NCBI GenBank assembly: GCA_041673345.1
Contig: JBAYXX010000005.1
Span: forward strand, 5,929 to 69,928
Length of the DNA: 64,000 nucleotides
Source of the DNA: Kiritimatiellia bacterium
GTDB taxonomy: Bacteria; Verrucomicrobiota; Kiritimatiellia; RFP12; UBA1067
Direction of reading: 5' to 3'
Position numbers and translations under genes: made by a program. This document shows, piece after piece, positions 34,511 through 42,668 of this stretch. Below the pieces are notes generated by a model. The model ran no database searches. It saw nothing but the letters and a program-made list of their open reading frames with translations, and was not told the DNA's origin. Numbering within the stretch: position 1 is the stretch's first letter; each line of letters starts with the position of its first letter.

Positions 34511-36685
34511 ATGAGTAGGTGTCAAAATAATTATAAAGTTGGGCTGACAGGTGGCATATGCGCTCTGGCACTGCTTTTGCTTTGCCACTCCTTTGCCAGC
34601 GCGGCGCAACCAAGCTGGGTGGTGGCACCCGCTCCCTGCCGGATAAGCTTTACACGGCATATAGACGACTATATCCTCACCAAAGTACCGGTGAACATCA
34701 CGAATCAGTTTGTGGCCGCCATTGAGGCCTATTCGGCGACCAACCGACTACCAGGCGAGGTGATCTTCAATGATGGGCGCGACCTTAGTGTTCTTATCGA
34801 TGTCAGGGGAGTTGAGAGTCGCAGCAGAGTTGATCTATACCTAGTTCCCGGTGAAGCAGCGGCGCAACCTGCCGCCACGACGTTGCGAGAGGCCACCCCG
34901 CTGCACGGCAGGGCCGCTCGGACGGCAGGCATGGATTTCCCGCACACCCGGCAGGAGGTTGACTCGCTTGCCACCCGTTTCGACCGTGCTGTGGCGCTTT
35001 TTGAGATCAGCGGTTTTGACCAGATTGGAAGCACCTATACGAATTGGTATAACGGCGACTGGCAACGTAAAAGCTATCTGGTTGATTTAAACACCTGGAT
35101 TTTGGTACCAGCGGATGGTGTGTTTGTTTTTGGCTTGGCTGGCGTTGCGCCAGCCTGGCTCGATGTTGACCAAGAGGAGGTCTTAACTCATCCTGTACAT
35201 CAGCCATCAGATCAATGGACAATTGGGAAAGCCTTTGAGATGAAAGCCGGGTTGCATCAGGTGCAGGTGCGCACCCTCTGCCGCCAGAAAATTGACACTG
35301 GTGTGGCTTGGAAACGTGAGAGCGAGGAGGGAGTCGCCTCAAACGTGGTGATGATCACCGGGGTTGAGTTACGGGAGGGACGCGTGGAGTGGGCTGACCG
35401 AAAGGTACACCCTTTTTTCACTGTCAAATCGGGAGAGGCATATCGTTTCATCGGTGTTGACAGCAAGTTTGTGCCTTTTAAGTTCACCAGCCGTTCGGCC
35501 TGCAGCTCCGGTGGTTGCGAGTTGATCTGGAATGTGGCGGATCAGCACGCTGGAACCAACAAGTGGATTGAACAGACCGTGGCCTCGGCCCACCTGCCGG
35601 CAAAGATCTCGCTGACCGCGATTGCAGCCAAGGGCGGTGAGAGCGCACATTACGAACGCGCAGTCAATTATACCGGGCCGATTTGGAGCGAATATGAGAT
35701 CAGCTCCCGGATCACCGGCGTGTCAGCCGCATGTTATGGTGATGATAAAATTCACCCGATTATCCGTATCAAAACCTCGGCCAAAGAGGGCTTGCAGTAT
35801 ATTTTGAACTCCGAGATCGAACTTGTTTCAGGGCGGAAGATCGGTCGCTCCGATGAGATGCGCACCAACCAGGGCTGGGGCCGCCAGTATTTGGCAGAGG
35901 TCGCCGCCGGCAGTGTGAAGAGCATATCCTGGTCTCTGATTCACCATGGCTGTGAGTTGGCAGCTGGACGACTTCAATTTCAACAGGCTCCCTTCACCGT
36001 TGTTCCGGATAGCATTTCAGGCGAACTTTTTAAACAAGGGGAAGATTTCGTGGCTCTGGTTGTCTCTAAACGTTCGTTCGAAAAAGAGATTCATCGGACA
36101 AGCGAGAGTAATAACGACAAGAAAATCTTTTTCCTAGATGGGTTTATCGTTGATAGAGCGATAAAACATGCGCCTGTTGCTCCTGTTGAGCAGCAGGGAG
36201 AGGCGTGGCAGTGGTTGAGTTTATCCGCGCTTGAGTGGAGCCAGGAGCGAACAGGCACCTCCGCCCTGCAGAGTTTTACGCAGGTGCGGGCCGCGCTGGA
36301 ATCTGATGTTGTTCTTTACGCTCCCTCGTTACGCTCTATCGCGTTGGAGGGTGGCGTGGATGGCTTTGAACGGCGGCTGGCGGCGATGTGCGCTCTTCTG
36401 ACATACGCGGGTGGGAGCTCCCCGCGTGTGATTCTAGTTGTTCCGCCGCGGTCAGTGGGAAACGCGGAGCTGGAAATGAGGGACAGTGCCGCATTTGAGT
36501 CGCGGCAGGTGGCTGAGATTATTGTGCGGGTCGCGGATGCTTATGGGGTTGAAACAGTTGATCTTTTCACTGCTTTTGAGATTGCAGGCAACGTTGCGCC
36601 CGACAGCTCACTACTGGTGGTCAACGGTGAATTGACAAAAAACGGCACCGAGTTTGCCTGCGAGATTATCAGGCGCAAGCTCTGA
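34511..36685 (+). CDS. secreted hypothetical protein (possible PA14-like middle region and degenerate SGNH-like C-terminus)
   Basis: ORF 34493..36685 trimmed to the ATG at 34511, with GGAG 5 nt upstream. Signal peptide ICALALLLLCHSFASAA. No catalytic motif that I can verify. Domain hints are weak. Confidence 0.5.
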   Translation: MSRCQNNYKVGLTGGICALALLLLCHSFASAAQPSWVVAPAPCRISFTRHIDDYILTKVPVNITNQFVAAIEAYSATNRLPGEVIFNDGRDLSVLIDVRGVESRSRVDLYLVPGEAAAQPAATTLREATPLHGRAARTAGMDFPHTRQEVDSLATRFDRAVALFEISGFDQIGSTYTNWYNGDWQRKSYLVDLNTWILVPADGVFVFGLAGVAPAWLDVDQEEVLTHPVHQPSDQWTIGKAFEMKAGLHQVQVRTLCRQKIDTGVAWKRESEEGVASNVVMITGVELREGRVEWADRKVHPFFTVKSGEAYRFIGVDSKFVPFKFTSRSACSSGGCELIWNVADQHAGTNKWIEQTVASAHLPAKISLTAIAAKGGESAHYERAVNYTGPIWSEYEISSRITGVSAACYGDDKIHPIIRIKTSAKEGLQYILNSEIELVSGRKIGRSDEMRTNQGWGRQYLAEVAAGSVKSISWSLIHHGCELAAGRLQFQQAPFTVVPDSISGELFKQGEDFVALVVSKRSFEKEIHRTSESNNDKKIFFLDGFIVDRAIKHAPVAPVEQQGEAWQWLSLSALEWSQERTGTSALQSFTQVRAALESDVVLYAPSLRSIALEGGVDGFERRLAAMCALLTYAGGSSPRVILVVPPRSVGNAELEMRDSAAFESRQVAEIIVRVADAYGVETVDLFTAFEIAGNVAPDSSLLVVNGELTKNGTEFACEIIRRKL

Positions 36686-36770
36686 GCTCGTGCTGCCGTT
36701 CGTGCTGCACTAGGCCTTTGTGGTTGCAAATCAGCTACGCACCATTCGCGCGAATTCGCGTTATTCGTAG

Positions 36771-37706
36771 TTAAAAATCGTCCGGCACTTCAATACGAAT
36801 GGTGCGCCCTTTCATGTTTTTAAGCTCATTTTCGGTGTGTTCCAGATCGCTGCCGTGCAAGGTGCCTTTGTCCGAGAAGAAAGGCACTTCAAAGCTCATT
36901 CCGCAGGAGGGGCAATCGCAGGCTGAGCCCGCCATGTCGGTCGGCGCTTCAATTTCCTGGTTGCAGTTTTTGCAGAAGAAAGAGATCATGCGTTTGGGTT
37001 CTGTTCTGCGCTCCTCTTTAATGCCAAGTGCCGCCAGATCAATGCGTATGGTTTGATTTTTGCCCAGATTGCTCTGCGCTGGCTGTGAATAGGTGGCGAG
37101 ATTTGTTTTCACCTCTGGTTGCTCAGTTTGTGGCAGAGAGGCTGTCGGTGCCGTGGTTGGGGCAAACATGAATTTTTTGGGCGGCGTATCGGTTTTCTCG
37201 GGCAAGGCCTCACCGTGCATTGTTCCCGGCTCGGATTTGTAGGGAATCCTGATAGACATATTGCAGGCCGGACACTCTGACTCAACACCGGCGGCAGCCT
37301 TGGGAGCCTCGATCTCCTGGCCGCAATTTTTGCATTTAAAGGAGATAGCTTGTGAAAAATCATCGTAAATCTTTGGTGTCTCAGGTTCGCTTGGCAAATA
37401 TGTAAGTAGTCCTTCAGGTGCGGGTGTTACCGCATCTTTTGCTTTTCTGATAGGTCGGCTTCGCAGCGCGTCATGCTCAGCGATGAGAATTTTTTCTCCT
37501 GTTTGAGGATTTCGCACCTGGCGTTCTTTGCGTTTAATCACGTCAATGCGGCATAAACCCGGCACTGTGAAACCTTTATTTGCGGCTTCCCGGTAGGCGA
37601 TAAACTGGAGGGCATCCAGTACAAACCGCACTTTTTTTTGTGTCAAACCCACTGTGAAGGCAATTTCTCGAACCAGATCTAGTTTAGTATAGCTTTTATT
37701 CTGCAT
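36771..37706 (-). CDS. HU/IHF-family DNA-binding domain fused to two tandem CxxC...CxxC zinc-ribbon modules
   Basis: 311 aa. Residues 1-95 look like an HU fold, with arm RKERQVRNPQTGEKILIAEH. The two repeats are FKCKNCGQEIEAP..ECPACNMSIRIPY..GTMHGE and FFCKNCNQEIEAP..DCPSCGMSFEVPF..GTLHGS. Confidence 0.6.
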   Translation of the reverse strand: MQNKSYTKLDLVREIAFTVGLTQKKVRFVLDALQFIAYREAANKGFTVPGLCRIDVIKRKERQVRNPQTGEKILIAEHDALRSRPIRKAKDAVTPAPEGLLTYLPSEPETPKIYDDFSQAISFKCKNCGQEIEAPKAAAGVESECPACNMSIRIPYKSEPGTMHGEALPEKTDTPPKKFMFAPTTAPTASLPQTEQPEVKTNLATYSQPAQSNLGKNQTIRIDLAALGIKEERRTEPKRMISFFCKNCNQEIEAPTDMAGSACDCPSCGMSFEVPFFSDKGTLHGSDLEHTENELKNMKGRTIRIEVPDDF

Positions 37707-37843
37707 TTACAGCACTCCCGAGTTAATTGATTATAGCATGTATAAAGCACTATCCATGCCAGAGAGAGATAATAAAATTATTAAAGATGGCATAAATACT
37801 GCTTAATCAATGTAAAAGTTAAGTTTTTTTAGAAAAGGTGATT

Positions 37844-39088
37844 ATGGCAGGAAAATTTTGGTTTGGAAAACGGAGTTTGAATAACAGCTCGGAATCTGAC
37901 ATGGAAGGATTTGATGTGCATGTCGGTTCGGCGGTTATGGACAATGCTGTTTTCCCCGTGCGTTTTACTGATGCGGATAAAAGTAAATCGTTGTCACAAA
38001 ACTTTAGTTTAGAACAAGATTCAAAAAAGGAGCGGCCTGTGAATATTTCTGAAACTCAAGGTGGTATTAAATTTGCAACGAGATCGATTCCCGGTGTTAT
38101 AGATGGCGGAAATTCTAGCGGACGACCGGTCCTGACCCCTGTGCGCAGATCAGTCGCAGGTGCCCCGGTCAAATTAAAAAGTGTCTCCAAGCCGATTGAA
38201 AATGTGGCGCCCGCCGCTCCAATGGAGTTTCGAAAAACCGCGACCTCTGGATTGAAGGTCATTGGTAGACCGAATACATCAGGGGCTGAAAAAACTCAAA
38301 CTCAATTCGGTCTGCATGCGCGTCCGGCAGATGTACAGCCAAAGAGCACTGTTTTGAATGAGAAGAGTAGCGCGCGCGAAGAGTATGTTAAGCCCAAGGG
38401 GGATCAGCGTGTTCTCTACTACCAGTTGATGAATGGCTTGTATGACGCGATCCTGGTGCTTGATGATGAAGGGCATGTGGTTGACTGCAATGACAGAGTT
38501 CAGAAGGTTTTAGGATTTACGCGCGAAGATGCCTGGGATCTGCCGATTGAACAGGTGATCAAAGGCATGAACAGCCAGATGTACGCTCATCTGAAAAGAA
38601 ATCTCGCCGAAAACCACCATATCTTAATCACGGCTCGCTGTTATAGACGCGACGGGGATTCATTCAAAGGTGAAATCGGCGTGAGCACACTTTCGCTGAC
38701 CCGGGAGAACAATGTTGTGTTCGCCATCAGGAATGTTGACCAGCGCAAGAGTGCTATGGCTGAGCTGCGCAAGTCCGCCGCGGCCTTTGAAGTGGCTTTG
38801 GTTCCCGCTTTTGCCTGTAATCTGGAGGGGTACTTCACGGTTGTAAATCAAGCACTCATGGATGCTCTCGGGATTGCCGATGAAACAGAGGCGAAGAAGG
38901 TGCGCTTTGTTGATGTCCTGCCCGACACAGCGCGCGCGTTTGTCAGGTGTCTGGCCGGCGAGAAGCGCAGAGAGACGCTGTTGGCGCCGACAGCAGAGGG
39001 GCACCCAGTAAAAATTGAGATCGCATTGGCACCCATTATGAATGGGCGCGAGGTGATTGGAGTAGCCGGGTCTATCCTGCAGCTTTAA
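37844..39088 (+). CDS. PAS domain-containing protein (two PAS-like modules, no output domain)
   Basis: ORF 37838..39088. The ATG at 37844 has AAAGG upstream. The C-terminal half begins LMNGLYDAILVLDDEGHVVDCNDRVQKVLGFTREDAWDLPIEQVI, which is PAS. A second module begins AAFEVALVPAFACNLEGYFTVVNQAL. Confidence 0.6.
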   Translation: MAGKFWFGKRSLNNSSESDMEGFDVHVGSAVMDNAVFPVRFTDADKSKSLSQNFSLEQDSKKERPVNISETQGGIKFATRSIPGVIDGGNSSGRPVLTPVRRSVAGAPVKLKSVSKPIENVAPAAPMEFRKTATSGLKVIGRPNTSGAEKTQTQFGLHARPADVQPKSTVLNEKSSAREEYVKPKGDQRVLYYQLMNGLYDAILVLDDEGHVVDCNDRVQKVLGFTREDAWDLPIEQVIKGMNSQMYAHLKRNLAENHHILITARCYRRDGDSFKGEIGVSTLSLTRENNVVFAIRNVDQRKSAMAELRKSAAAFEVALVPAFACNLEGYFTVVNQALMDALGIADETEAKKVRFVDVLPDTARAFVRCLAGEKRRETLLAPTAEGHPVKIEIALAPIMNGREVIGVAGSILQL

Positions 39089-39180
39089 CCTTTGTGCCCT
39101 ATGTAGTCGCTTAAGCGACTAGAAAAAACAATTAATTGTTCTTTGCAAAAAGTTGTCTATCGAACGTTTATCGGGGTTTA

Positions 39181-39407
39181 GTGTAGTAGTCGCTCTACGA
39201 GCGACACAGAGGTTGGTGTAGTAGTCGCTCTATGAGCGACACAGAGGTTGGTGTAGTAGTCGCTCTACGAGCGACACAGAGGTTGGTGTAGTAGTCGCTC
39301 TACGAGCGACACAGAGGTTGGTGTAGTAGTCGCTCTACGAGCGACACAGAGGTTGGTGTAGTAGTCGCTCTACGAGCGACACATGCCGCTCATAGAGCGG
39401 CTACTAC
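39181..39407. repeat. REP-A array: about six head-to-tail 35-bp units closed by an inverted copy
   Basis: (GTGTAGTAGTCGCTCTAYGAGCGACACAGAGGTTG) x5 plus a sixth unit running into CATGCCGCTCATAGAGCGGCTACTAC. There are no unique spacers between units. Confidence 0.9.
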
Positions 39408-39540
39408 ATTCAATGCTGTGCGACCCGCCTTCCAGCCGTTCGTCGTGGCAAGCGATAGCGGATTACGATTCAAAACTCCGCGATCTAAAAAATCGTCCAC
39501 CAGCATCGCCGCCGTTATCGTAAACCGAAGGCGAACTCCA

Positions 39541-39588
39541 GTAGGTCCGGTTTCCAACCGGACATGTCCGATTGGAAATCGGACCTGC
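39541..39588. repeat. REP-D inverted doublet
   Basis: GTAGGTCCGGTTTCCAACCGGAC-AT-GTCCGATTGGAAATCGGACCTGC. Confidence 0.85.
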
Positions 39589-39756
39589 GTTGCTCCCGCG
39601 CTAAAGGCGCGCCTCTTCACTCGCACACTTACGCACTCGCGCCCTTCTTCCCTCCGCGCCCTGCGCGGATCTAGGCCTTCCGCAATTAACGGAGGACTTT
39701 AGATTGGTATACGCGCCAAGTCCTTTGACTGTAATTTAGCTGAAAGTCATAATGGA

Positions 39757-39783
39757 GTAGTGCAAGCATCCTGCTCGCAAATG
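39757..39783. repeat. REP-C copy (plus orientation)
   Basis: GTAGTGCAAGCATCCTGCTCGCAAATG with the shared 5' flank GAAAGTCATAATGGA. Confidence 0.75.
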
Positions 39784-39874
39784 AATTTCCAGTGAAATAT
39801 TTTTGTTCAAGGTTGACAATCATAGGATTGAAAAGAGATAATACCCATTTATTTTCACCTCACTGCGGAGTTCA

Positions 39875-41200
39875 ATGATGGTAGTAGCGTCGGTCAATGA
39901 TTTTTTATGCGTCCATGCGCTGGATGTCGCCGCGATTAACCGTGATAAAATACTGGCCACTTTTGCTGAGGAGATGGCAACTGGCTTGAGCGGTGAGCCG
40001 TCCTCGCTGGCTATGATACCCTCTTTTATTTCGATTGACCGCGAGGTGAATACTGATCAGCCGGTGGTGGTGCTGGATGCAGGTGGCACGAATTTGAGAG
40101 CCGCGGTGGTTTCGATAGATGGCAGTGGAGACGCGCATATAGGCGAGTATAGTAAACGCGCCATGCCCGGAACTGAGGGGGAGTTAAGTCGAGATGAGTT
40201 TTTTGGGGTGCTGGCTGATTTCACGCTGCCATGGCTTGGCCAATCGGAGACAATCGGTTTTTGTTTTTCTTATTCGGCTGAGGTGACCCCCGAAGGTGAT
40301 GCGCGTCTGTTGTACTGGAGCAAGCAGATTGAGGCCCCGGAGGTGGTGAACACCATGATCGGCAGCGGCCTGAGGGAGAGCCTTGCCAAACGTGGCTATC
40401 AGCGCCGCGTGGTGATCCTCAATGATACTGTGGCAACTCTGCTGGCCGGCAAGAGCATGGGGATGAGTCGCGGTTACTCAGCCTATGTCGGATTTATTCT
40501 GGGAACCGGCACCAATACAGCCTATGTCGAAAATCATCGCAATATTACCAAACGACCAGAGCTCAACCCCGCTGGTTCTATGGCGATCAATGTGGAGTCA
40601 GGCGGATTCAACAAGATCAGCCAAAGCGAGTTCGACCAGCTGCTGGATCAGCGGACGATTGACCCGGGACGTTACACATTTGAAAAAATGATCGCGGGTG
40701 CCTATCTCGGTAGTCTCGGCACAATAGTGATGTTTGAAGCGCTGGAAGCCGGCCTCTTCTCAAAGAGCGCCGCAGCGGCAATTGCGGCGCGTGAAGGCGG
40801 TGCAGGCCGCGAATGGCGCCCTTTCTCCAACAAGGAGCTGGATGATTTCTGCGGCAATGCGCCAGAGGCTGATAATCCATTCCTGGATGCGGCGTTCAGC
40901 ATTGTTGACCGCGAGGTGGTCAAAGCGCTCTGTACACCAATCTATGAGCGCGCGGCAACGCTGGCTGCAATCAATATTGCCTCAGCGGTGATTAAAACCG
41001 GTGCGGGTCATGACCCTGCGCATCCGGTCTGTGTCAATGTGGACGGGTCAACCTATTACAAGACACGCACCGCTGATTTCAAGGGACGAGTTCAGGCGGA
41101 ACTTAAAGCTTTACTTGAAAAGCGCGCGCTGGCTTACGAGCTTGTCTTTGTCGCTGATTCGCCGGTGATCGGCGCGGCTGTGGCAGGCCTGATGCTATGA
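39875..41200 (+). CDS. hexokinase family protein (eukaryote-type hexokinase fold)
   Basis: 441 aa. Motifs VVLDAGGTNLRAAVV, LNDTVATLLAG, GFILGTGTNTAYVE, INVESGGFN, FEKMIAGAYLG and NVDGSTYYK match hexokinase_1/2 signatures. Confidence 0.8.
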   Translation: MMVVASVNDFLCVHALDVAAINRDKILATFAEEMATGLSGEPSSLAMIPSFISIDREVNTDQPVVVLDAGGTNLRAAVVSIDGSGDAHIGEYSKRAMPGTEGELSRDEFFGVLADFTLPWLGQSETIGFCFSYSAEVTPEGDARLLYWSKQIEAPEVVNTMIGSGLRESLAKRGYQRRVVILNDTVATLLAGKSMGMSRGYSAYVGFILGTGTNTAYVENHRNITKRPELNPAGSMAINVESGGFNKISQSEFDQLLDQRTIDPGRYTFEKMIAGAYLGSLGTIVMFEALEAGLFSKSAAAAIAAREGGAGREWRPFSNKELDDFCGNAPEADNPFLDAAFSIVDREVVKALCTPIYERAATLAAINIASAVIKTGAGHDPAHPVCVNVDGSTYYKTRTADFKGRVQAELKALLEKRALAYELVFVADSPVIGAAVAGLML

Positions 41201-42579
41201 AAATAAGCCCAACCATTTATCTGTTGATCGCGGCTTTGCTGGTGCTTGCTCCGTGCGGCTCGGATGCGCAGAGTGTGGCGGACTTGGATATGCTGTTCAC
41301 CAATGAGACACTCTGGGGGAAAAACGCCGCCGAGTTTAGCCGCGAGCTTCCAGAGATTGGGTTTCAATCTGTGGACAGCGGAAAAGTTATCAAATCGCAA
41401 GATGAAAAACTCAAATTTTACGGCTTTAAGGTCTGGGAGGCACTCTTTTATTTTGATTCTGAGCGGATCTCCCGTGTGGTGCTTTCTCTTTATAATAAGG
41501 GCGATGCAGGCGATTTGAATCAGGATGCGTTTAAGCAGGAGGTCGAAGGGCTCTGCGCAAAGTTAAATGAGCTGACCGGATCGCGCGGTGTGACCGGCAA
41601 GGTTTCTAATGACCGCGCCAACTACTATATCAATCGGCGCAGTTGGGTGCATGGGGGGATCGGGGTGCAGGCGGAGTGGGCTTTTGTCGCGGCCCATCGC
41701 TCAAATCGCCTGGCCGTGCCGTTTCGCGCTGAGTTTATTAAAGTTCTCTTGGCACCAGTCTCAACCAGTGCGCTCTCAGGGCGGCCCGCAGCCCGCCCGG
41801 ATTGGGCCAGCCATGTCAGCGGTAGAATCTTATTGCCGAATGTGCGTAAAAATAACGAGGGTGATCTCTGGGTTGAGGGGGTTCCCATGGTCGATCAAGG
41901 CCAAAAGGGATATTGCGCGGCAGCTTCGGCCGAGCGGGTGCTGCGGTACTACGGATGGCAGGGGGATCAGCATGAGATTGCCCAACTGGCCGACACCGCC
42001 GCCATTGGTGGTACATCGCTGGACGGCATGATCGGGGCGGTGGCCACGGTGGGCAAGCGCTATCAACTGAATGACAAGTCGCTGATCAAAGCGGATAGCA
42101 GCGGCAATTTTGAAAAAAGCGGTTTTCACGAGATCATCAAATTTTACAACCGCGAGGCTAAATCTCAAAAAGTCACAGAGCTTGATTTCATGGATTTCTG
42201 CGATGTCAATCCGGACAACTCAAGAGCTGTCAATATCATGGCAATTTTCGGGGCGATGGATCTGGAGATCTTGAAATCCTCCCGGCTTAAACAACGTCAG
42301 GCATATGCGAGATTCCAGGAGGGGATCATTAACTACGTTAAACAAGGGGTGCCGCTTTTCTGGGCCTGTATTGTTGGTAAATACCCCGAAACCCCTGACC
42401 TGGGCGCCAATGGCGCCTTTGGCCATATACGGCTGATCATTGGAATCAATCAAAAGACACAAGAGGTGATTTATTCGGATTCGTGGGGGTCGAGGCACGC
42501 GCTTAAGCGGATGCCGCTGGACGATGCCTGGGCCATGACATTTGGATTGACTGTTTTAAAACCGCGGGATGTCAGGTGA
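41197..42579 (+). CDS. secreted protein with a C-terminal papain-fold C39-like cysteine peptidase domain
   Basis: 460 aa with a signal peptide (LLIAALLVLAPCGSDA). Candidate catalytic residues are Q..C in QKGYCAAASAERVLRYYG, His in FGHIRLIIGI and Asp in YSDSWG. Its ATG overlaps the hexokinase stop (ATGA). Confidence 0.5.
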   Translation: MKISPTIYLLIAALLVLAPCGSDAQSVADLDMLFTNETLWGKNAAEFSRELPEIGFQSVDSGKVIKSQDEKLKFYGFKVWEALFYFDSERISRVVLSLYNKGDAGDLNQDAFKQEVEGLCAKLNELTGSRGVTGKVSNDRANYYINRRSWVHGGIGVQAEWAFVAAHRSNRLAVPFRAEFIKVLLAPVSTSALSGRPAARPDWASHVSGRILLPNVRKNNEGDLWVEGVPMVDQGQKGYCAAASAERVLRYYGWQGDQHEIAQLADTAAIGGTSLDGMIGAVATVGKRYQLNDKSLIKADSSGNFEKSGFHEIIKFYNREAKSQKVTELDFMDFCDVNPDNSRAVNIMAIFGAMDLEILKSSRLKQRQAYARFQEGIINYVKQGVPLFWACIVGKYPETPDLGANGAFGHIRLIIGINQKTQEVIYSDSWGSRHALKRMPLDDAWAMTFGLTVLKPRDVR

Positions 42580-42668
42580 CAGCCGTGATCAGGTGACTGG
42601 CTCGCGGTTTGGAAACCGCCCTTTGCTGAGCACTGAATATACAATGAGAGAGTTTAGGAGTGTTGGAA

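Noticed and set aside
39181-39407. Possible CRISPR array, with regular 35-bp palindromic repeats. The same question applies to 10751-10870, 175-285 and 33999-34109.
   Set aside because: The units abut directly with no unique spacers. The inter-hairpin segment is itself identical in every unit. No cas genes are in the window. The motif also occurs singly and as inverted doublets elsewhere, so these are REP tandem arrays.
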